Shown here: positions 58,036 to 63,078 of the stretch, piece by piece
Position numbering within the stretch: the stretch's first letter is position 1
How the letters are laid out: each line of letters opens with the position of its first letter
Assembly: GCA_964492555.1 (NCBI GenBank)
Contig: CAZBKQ010000005.1
Location: 8,503-71,580 of the forward strand
Direction of reading: 5' to 3'
DNA length: 63,078 nucleotides
Source: an uncultured Rhodospirillaceae bacterium
GTDB taxonomy: Bacteria > Pseudomonadota > Alphaproteobacteria > MPNO01 > UBA2964
The notes under the pieces: generated by a model
Seen by the model: the letters and a program-made list of their open reading frames with translations, nothing else
What the model was told of the DNA's origin: nothing
The model's database searches: none
Translations under genes and position numbers: made by a program

Positions 58036-59708
58036 CCCTTTGCCGCTCTCCTCAGTCCCGTAATCGTTGCCCTTGGCGATATCTGGTCCTGATCGATCCT
58101 GACCTCGATCAGGGCCGGGCCGCCGCTCGCGCGGCAGCGCTCAAACGCCGGGGCGAAATCGTCCGTCGCCTCGACCAGTTCACCATGCAGCCCGTAGGCC
58201 TTCGCCAGCGCGCAAAAATCGGGATTGACCAGGTCGGTGCCGCTGACCCGGGTCGGGTAGAACCGTTCCTGATGCATGCGGATGGTGCCATAGGTGCCGT
58301 TATTCACAACCACGAAGGTGATCGGCAGGTCGTATTGCCGCGCGGTGGCAATTTCCTGCCCGCACATCAGGAAATCCCCGTCGCCGGAGAATGAGACCAC
58401 GATGCGGTCCGGATGCGCGACCTGTGCCGCGACGGCGGACGGCACGCCATATCCCATTGAGCCGCTTTGCGGAGCAAGCTGGGTCGGGTAATCGCGATAA
58501 CAGTAAAAGCGATGCACCCAGTTGCTGAAATTACCCGCCCCGTTTGTGACGATGGCGTCGTCGGGCAGGGTCTCGCCCAGCCACTGCACGATGAGTCCCA
58601 GATCGACAGGGCCTTTCATGTCGGGCGGGGAAATGTTTGCCTTATGATCCGCGTTGGCGGCCGCGGTCCAGTCGCTCCAGCCGGGCGCGCCATCGGGTGC
58701 AAGATCGCTGACGGCCGCGGCAAAATTATCCATCCCGGAATTAATGCCGAGATCGGGCTGATAAACCCGCGCGACTTCGTCCAGCCCGGCGGTGACATGG
58801 ACAAAATTCTGATGAGGGCAGGGGAGCGTGAACAACTCATATCCCCCGGTGATGATTTCCGACATCTGCGCGCCGAGGACGAATAGCAGATCAGCCTCAT
58901 CGACTCGTTTGGCCAGTGCCGGATTGACGCCGAGCCCGAAGTCGCCCGCATAGTTGGGATGGCGGTTATCGATCAGATCCTGCCGGCGGAACGCGGCGGC
59001 GACGGGCAGGTTCCAGGCTTCATAGAATTTTCTGATTTGGCGGAGCCCTTCCGCGTTCCAGCCCGAGCCGCCCAAAATCATCATCGGCTTCTTTGCCGCC
59101 GACAGCATTTCCTTTAACCGCGTTATAGAGGCCGGGTCGGGGGCGGGGTTGATGGTCTGGTACGGTTTCGCGTCATCCGCCGCCGCCTGTTGCTTCTGCA
59201 TGTCTTCTGGCAGGGCCAGCACCACCGGACCGGGCCGTCCGGAGGTCGCGACATGAAAGGCGCGGGCGACCATTTCCGGTATCCGGGCGGGGTCGTTGAT
59301 CTGCGCCACCCATTTGCACAGGGGCGCGTACATCTGGCGGAAATCGACCTCCTGAAACGCCTCGCGCTGCATCATGGCGCGACCGACCTGGCCGATAAAC
59401 AGGATAACCGGCGAAGAATCCTGATGCGCGGTGTGAATGCCGAGGCTGGCATTGGTCGCGCCCGGCCCGCGTGTCACAAAACAGATGCCGGGCTTGCCGG
59501 TGATCTTGCCATAGGCATCGCCCATATAGGTGACGCCGCCTTCCTGCCGGCAGACGATCAGCTTCAGGGCGTCGCGCACATCGTAAAGCGCATCGAGCGT
59601 TGCAAGGTAGGATTCGCCCGGCACGCAAAAGGCGGTATCGACGCCATGAATGCGGAGCTGGTCGACGAGGATTTGCGCGCCGGTGCGCAGGTTGGAACTT
59701 TCGGTCAT
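58032..59708 (-). CDS. ThDP-dependent enzyme T7 (classical acetolactate synthase large-subunit-like subtype)
   Basis: 558 aa. Motifs VPGESYLATLDAL, CRQEGGVTYMGDAYG, RGPGATNA and SGDGDF...VVNNGTYG. Confidence 0.85.
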   Translation of the reverse strand: MTESSNLRTGAQILVDQLRIHGVDTAFCVPGESYLATLDALYDVRDALKLIVCRQEGGVTYMGDAYGKITGKPGICFVTRGPGATNASLGIHTAHQDSSPVILFIGQVGRAMMQREAFQEVDFRQMYAPLCKWVAQINDPARIPEMVARAFHVATSGRPGPVVLALPEDMQKQQAAADDAKPYQTINPAPDPASITRLKEMLSAAKKPMMILGGSGWNAEGLRQIRKFYEAWNLPVAAAFRRQDLIDNRHPNYAGDFGLGVNPALAKRVDEADLLFVLGAQMSEIITGGYELFTLPCPHQNFVHVTAGLDEVARVYQPDLGINSGMDNFAAAVSDLAPDGAPGWSDWTAAANADHKANISPPDMKGPVDLGLIVQWLGETLPDDAIVTNGAGNFSNWVHRFYCYRDYPTQLAPQSGSMGYGVPSAVAAQVAHPDRIVVSFSGDGDFLMCGQEIATARQYDLPITFVVVNNGTYGTIRMHQERFYPTRVSGTDLVNPDFCALAKAYGLHGELVEATDDFAPAFERCRASGGPALIEVRIDQDQISPRATITGLRRAAKG

Positions 59709-60370
59709 ATCGTTATGAACTCATCCGCGAATATGGTGTAGCGCTGTAATTTGGGCTTCTCGGCGTCTTCGGGTTTCACATAGGAAATCGAACTTTTGCC
59801 CTTGAGGGCGCGGGGCAGGATCATGACCCGGGAGAAATAGCCGACCCTGTCTTTCGGTGCATAGGCCAGAACCGGATCGGGCCCTGTTTCGAACCAGGGC
59901 TCACCCGGAGAAATTTCGGTCTTGTGGCCCTGTGTCTCGACCGTGAAACCGCCTTCCAGCAGACAGCGCGTGCCCGGTCCCTGATGGGTATGGGTATAGG
60001 CGATGCCGCCCGGTGGAATATCGACCCGGTCGCAGCGCATCAGATAGCCGTCACCGGGTTCCAGCTCGACCGCCGCGTCATGCAGCGGCATCGTGGAGAT
60101 GTTGTCGCCATTGAGCATGGTGCGTGTCGCCTGAGGCTCGACAAGTTCATAGCGCAAAATTTCCACCCCGTCGGGCGAGGCGAAAATTTCCGTCTCTTCC
60201 GCGCTGAAAAAGGCGGAGTTGGCGGAAAGGGTGGCGGCGACGCCGCCGGAGACCGCCCGCGCCATGCCGGATTTTACATAAAGAACGCGATTGGCGGCGG
60301 GCAGCGGTGCGGTGGTCGAGGCGCGCGCGCCTAACCGGTCATTGAATAATCTCAGGGAATAAAAGGCCAT
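59705..60370 (-). CDS. Cupin-domain protein
   Basis: 221 aa from the ATG at 60370 (the track ORF 60469 would overlap the NIPSNAP gene). Motifs PPGGIAYTHTHQGPG and ISPGEPWFE. Its TGA overlaps the ATG of T7 (ATGA). Confidence 0.7.
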   Translation of the reverse strand: MAFYSLRLFNDRLGARASTTAPLPAANRVLYVKSGMARAVSGGVAATLSANSAFFSAEETEIFASPDGVEILRYELVEPQATRTMLNGDNISTMPLHDAAVELEPGDGYLMRCDRVDIPPGGIAYTHTHQGPGTRCLLEGGFTVETQGHKTEISPGEPWFETGPDPVLAYAPKDRVGYFSRVMILPRALKGKSSISYVKPEDAEKPKLQRYTIFADEFITI

Positions 60371-60378
60371 CGGATTTC

Positions 60379-60693
60379 TTACGGGTTGGGCGACCAGGGG
60401 GCGGGAATCAGTGTCTTGTTTTCCTGACGCAGGAGCAGCGGGCGGATTTTCGGCTGAAACGCCTTCCATGCCGGATCGGCGTAAAGCTGTGCGCGGCGCC
60501 TGTCGCGTTCCTCATACGAATCATAGGCCCACATATGGACGATCTGGTTTTGCGGCCCGAAATCGGTGAAATACCAGCCGATCATCTTGCCCAGGATGGG
60601 TTCCTGCGCGGCGCGGCCTTCTTCTTCGTAAAGTTTCATATATTCCGGCACCTTGCCGGGGTGCAGCGTGTAAATCCGTTCTTCGACGATCAT
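60379..60693 (-). CDS. NIPSNAP-family protein
   Basis: 104 aa. MIVEERIYTLHPGKVPEYMKLYEE...VHMWAYDSYEERDRRR is typical of the dimeric alpha+beta barrel NIPSNAP fold. Confidence 0.78.
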   Translation of the reverse strand: MIVEERIYTLHPGKVPEYMKLYEEEGRAAQEPILGKMIGWYFTDFGPQNQIVHMWAYDSYEERDRRRAQLYADPAWKAFQPKIRPLLLRQENKTLIPAPWSPNP

Positions 60694-60823
60694 CCCGAAT
60701 TCCCTGTTTCAGCGTCGGGAAAAGCTAATCACAGCGAAGGCCGGGTCACAAGCTGGCAAGATACACATTCGCCCTTCGATCCGGTATTATCCGCCGCCGG
60801 AATAAACAAGAACCAGAAAACCG

Positions 60824-62326
60824 ATGAAAGATCATATCGTTCGGGTTTACCCCTCAAAGGAAGATCTGCCGCGTGATGACCAGCTTGCCTGGAAGATCGC
60901 TTTGGTCGCATCCGACCCCGCGCCGATCGATGACGATGCCGCCGGGATGGTGATCAACCGGATCATCGATAACGCCTCGGTCGCGATCGCCGCCGCGAAC
61001 CGCGAACCGCCGACGGCGGCCCGGGCGCAGGCGCTGGCCCATCCGAGGGATGGCGGCGCGGCGGTATTCGGTTGCGGGCCGGATGTGCGCGTCGATGCGG
61101 AATGGGCGGCCTGGGCAAACGGCACCGCGGTGCGTGAGCTTGATTATCACGACACGTTTCTGGCCGCCGATTACGCCCATCCGGGCGATAATATTCCGCC
61201 GCTTCTGGCGGTGGCGCAGCAGGCCGGCTGCGATGGCGCGTCATTGTTGCGGGGCTTGCTGACGGGCTATGAAATCCAGGTCGATCTGGTCAGCGCGATC
61301 TGCCTGCATGAGCACAAGATCGATCATGTCGCGCATCTGGGGCCGAGCGCAGCGGCGGGGCTCGGCACCATGCTCGGCCTTTCGACCGGGGTGATCTATC
61401 AGGCGATCCAGCAGGCGCTGCATGTCACCACGGCAACGCGTCAGTCGCGCAAGGGCGAGATTTCGAGCTGGAAGGCGTTTGCGCCCTCTCATGCCGGAAA
61501 ACTCGCGATTGAGGCCGTGGACCGCTGCATGCGGGGCGAGGGCGCGCCGTCGCCAATCTATGAAGGTGAAGACGGCGTTATCGCCTGGATGCTGGGCGGA
61601 GCGGAGGCGCGCTACACCGTTCCCTTGCCGGAGGTAGGAGAACCGAAGCGCGCGATCCTGCGGTCCTTCACCAAGGAACATTCGGCGGAGTACCAAAGCC
61701 AGGCACTGATTGATCTGGCCTTCAGGATGCGGGAGAAGATTCCCGATTTCGAGGCGATTGAGAAGATTGTCATCCACACCAGCCATCACACCCATTATGT
61801 AATCGGCACGGGCGCCAACGATCCGCAGAAGATGGACCCCAACGCCAGCCGAGAAACGCTGGATCATTCGATTATGTATATCTTTGCCGTCGCGCTGCAG
61901 GACGGTGAGTGGAATCACATCAGATCGTACGGGCCTGACCGCGCGCAGCGTCCCGATACGGTGGCGTTGTGGCACAAGATCGAAACCGCCGAGGATCCGG
62001 ACTGGACCGCGCGTTATCATGATCCGGATCCCGACAAGATGGCGTTTGGCGGCCGGGTGGAGATCACCCTGGCGAGCGGTGAAGTGCTGGTCGATGAGCT
62101 GGCGGTCGCGAACGCCCACACGCTGGGCGCGCGGCCCTTTGCGCGGGAAGATTATATCCGTAAATTCCGCACCCTGACCGAGGGGCTGGTTTCTGAGGCG
62201 GAACAGAACCGCTTTCTCGATCTGGTGCAGGATTTGCCGTCGCTGCATGCCGCGCGGGTTGGCGAAATCAATGTCGAAATGGATGCGGCGGGACTGGCGG
62301 TCGGCGACAAGAAAGGGATTTTCTGA
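60824..62326 (+). CDS. prpD: 2-methylcitrate dehydratase (MmgE/PrpD family, long PrpD-type)
   Basis: 500 aa. Motifs [32 protein letters not shown] and [10 protein letters not shown]. It is coupled (TGATG) to a clear prpB. Confidence 0.75.
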   Translation: MKDHIVRVYPSKEDLPRDDQLAWKIALVASDPAPIDDDAAGMVINRIIDNASVAIAAANREPPTAARAQALAHPRDGGAAVFGCGPDVRVDAEWAAWANGTAVRELDYHDTFLAADYAHPGDNIPPLLAVAQQAGCDGASLLRGLLTGYEIQVDLVSAICLHEHKIDHVAHLGPSAAAGLGTMLGLSTGVIYQAIQQALHVTTATRQSRKGEISSWKAFAPSHAGKLAIEAVDRCMRGEGAPSPIYEGEDGVIAWMLGGAEARYTVPLPEVGEPKRAILRSFTKEHSAEYQSQALIDLAFRMREKIPDFEAIEKIVIHTSHHTHYVIGTGANDPQKMDPNASRETLDHSIMYIFAVALQDGEWNHIRSYGPDRAQRPDTVALWHKIETAEDPDWTARYHDPDPDKMAFGGRVEITLASGEVLVDELAVANAHTLGARPFAREDYIRKFRTLTEGLVSEAEQNRFLDLVQDLPSLHAARVGEINVEMDAAGLAVGDKKGIF

Positions 62327-63078
62327 TGCTGTTTACCGAAAAGACGGCGGTCGAAAAACGTGCCGCGTTCCGAAAAGGGCTGGAGAGCGGGGAAATCTTG
62401 CGTTTCCCGGGCGCACACGCGCCGCTGGTCGCGATGGAGATAGAGCGGCAGGGGTTCGACGGCATTTACATCTCCGGCGCGGCGTTGTCGGCAGATCTGG
62501 GTTTGCCGGATATCGGTCTGACGACATTATCGGAGGTGGCCCAGCGCGGGCGCCAGATCGCCCGGGTTACCAATCTGCCGGCGATGATCGATATCGATAC
62601 CGGTTTCGGTGAAGCGATGAGCGCCGCCCGGACCGTGCAGGAGCTGGAGGAGCTGGGCATTGCCGGCTGTCATCTTGAGGATCAGGTCAACCCGAAGCGC
62701 TGCGGTCATCTGGACAATAAGTCATTGGTGCCGGTCGATGAGATGATCCGAAAGATTCGTGCGGCGGCAGATGCAAAATCCGATCCGAATTTTATCCTGT
62801 TTGCGCGGACGGATTCTCGGGCGTCCGAAGGGATGGATGCGGCGATCGACCGGGCCAAGGCCTATGTCGATGCCGGGTCCGACGCGATCTTTCCCGAAGC
62901 CATGCAGGATGCCGCCGAGTTCGAAACCTTCCGCAAGGCGATTGACGTGCCGATGATGGCGAATATGACGGAGTTCGGAAAATCGCCCTTGCTCTCTGCC
63001 GATACGCTGGCGGACATGGGGTATAATCTGGTGATCTATCCGGTAACGACCCTGCGGCTCGCCATGGGGGCGATCCAG
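62326..63078 (+). CDS. prpB: 2-methylisocitrate lyase, 3'-truncated by the window edge
   Basis: My own translation from the ATG at 62326 gives [34 protein letters not shown]...IDIDTGFG...HLEDQVNPKRCGHL...ARTD... The KRCGH active-site loop is present. The gene is absent from the ORF track because no stop lies in the window. Confidence 0.88.
   Translation, partial: MLFTEKTAVEKRAAFRKGLESGEILRFPGAHAPLVAMEIERQGFDGIYISGAALSADLGLPDIGLTTLSEVAQRGRQIARVTNLPAMIDIDTGFGEAMSAARTVQELEELGIAGCHLEDQVNPKRCGHLDNKSLVPVDEMIRKIRAAADAKSDPNFILFARTDSRASEGMDAAIDRAKAYVDAGSDAIFPEAMQDAAEFETFRKAIDVPMMANMTEFGKSPLLSADTLADMGYNLVIYPVTTLRLAMGAIQ

Noticed and set aside
1-63078. I searched for mobile-element, defence-system, CRISPR, toxin-antitoxin, tRNA/rRNA or prophage signatures that could mark this region as a genomic island.
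   Set aside because: I recognised no integrase, transposase, recombinase, Cas, restriction or abortive-infection-like ORFs, no direct-repeat arrays and no tRNA-like sequences. The only lower-GC patches are short promoter-like gaps (about 21228-21345, 24445-24864 and 46590-46813).

Overview
63-kb GC-rich chromosomal segment. Codon usage and the TTT/Bug transporters suggest an alphaproteobacterium-like organism, but this is inference I cannot verify here. I call about 58 protein-coding genes. I saw no rRNA, tRNA, CRISPR array, transposase, integrase or phage genes. The window is an unusually paralog-rich catabolic region, and most of its genes can remove or modify carboxyl groups or oxidise substrates. 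It holds 4 UbiD-family (prFMN-type) decarboxylases, 3 of them next to an SDR gene. It holds 7 ThDP-dependent enzymes, including two tandem pairs, 5 of which belong to one divergent 590-620 aa subfamily. It holds 6 TauD/TfdA-type Fe(II)/2OG dioxygenases, including two tandem pairs of 283-aa proteins. It also holds 3 FMN alpha-hydroxy-acid dehydrogenases, 3 amidohydrolase-2 (ACMSD/LigW-type) proteins, 2 tail-to-tail LLM monooxygenases, 2 MmgE/PrpD proteins and 2 ICL/PEP-mutase proteins. Single-copy genes include a 4,5-dihydroxyphthalate-decarboxylase-like protein, a two-Cys maleate-isomerase-like protein, VOC and cupin proteins, GloA, an orphan molybdo-hydroxylase large subunit and a small Rieske protein. 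Transport is limited to one TctCBA transporter plus an extra Bug-type binding protein, and there are only two regulators (TetR, LysR). The right edge is prpD-prpB. Main hypotheses: (i) the region is a non-mobile toolkit for trimming carboxyl groups from free organic acids. (ii) The co-amplified TauD, FMN-dehydrogenase and ThDP genes could form an alpha-oxidation-like one-carbon chain-shortening route, analogous to PHYH/HACL1 and MdlB/MdlC. (iii) The UbiD+SDR gene pair recurs three times. Sequence-level observations include a shared 19-nt palindromic operator candidate upstream of both UbiD genes that flank the TetR gene, a repeated two-hairpin 3' module after two ThDP genes, an apparent 1-nt frameshift at the 5' end of one TauD gene, a probable non-canonical start on a secreted protein, and convergent genes with overlapping stop codons. 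All functional calls rest on motif and family recognition by eye. No database search was run.
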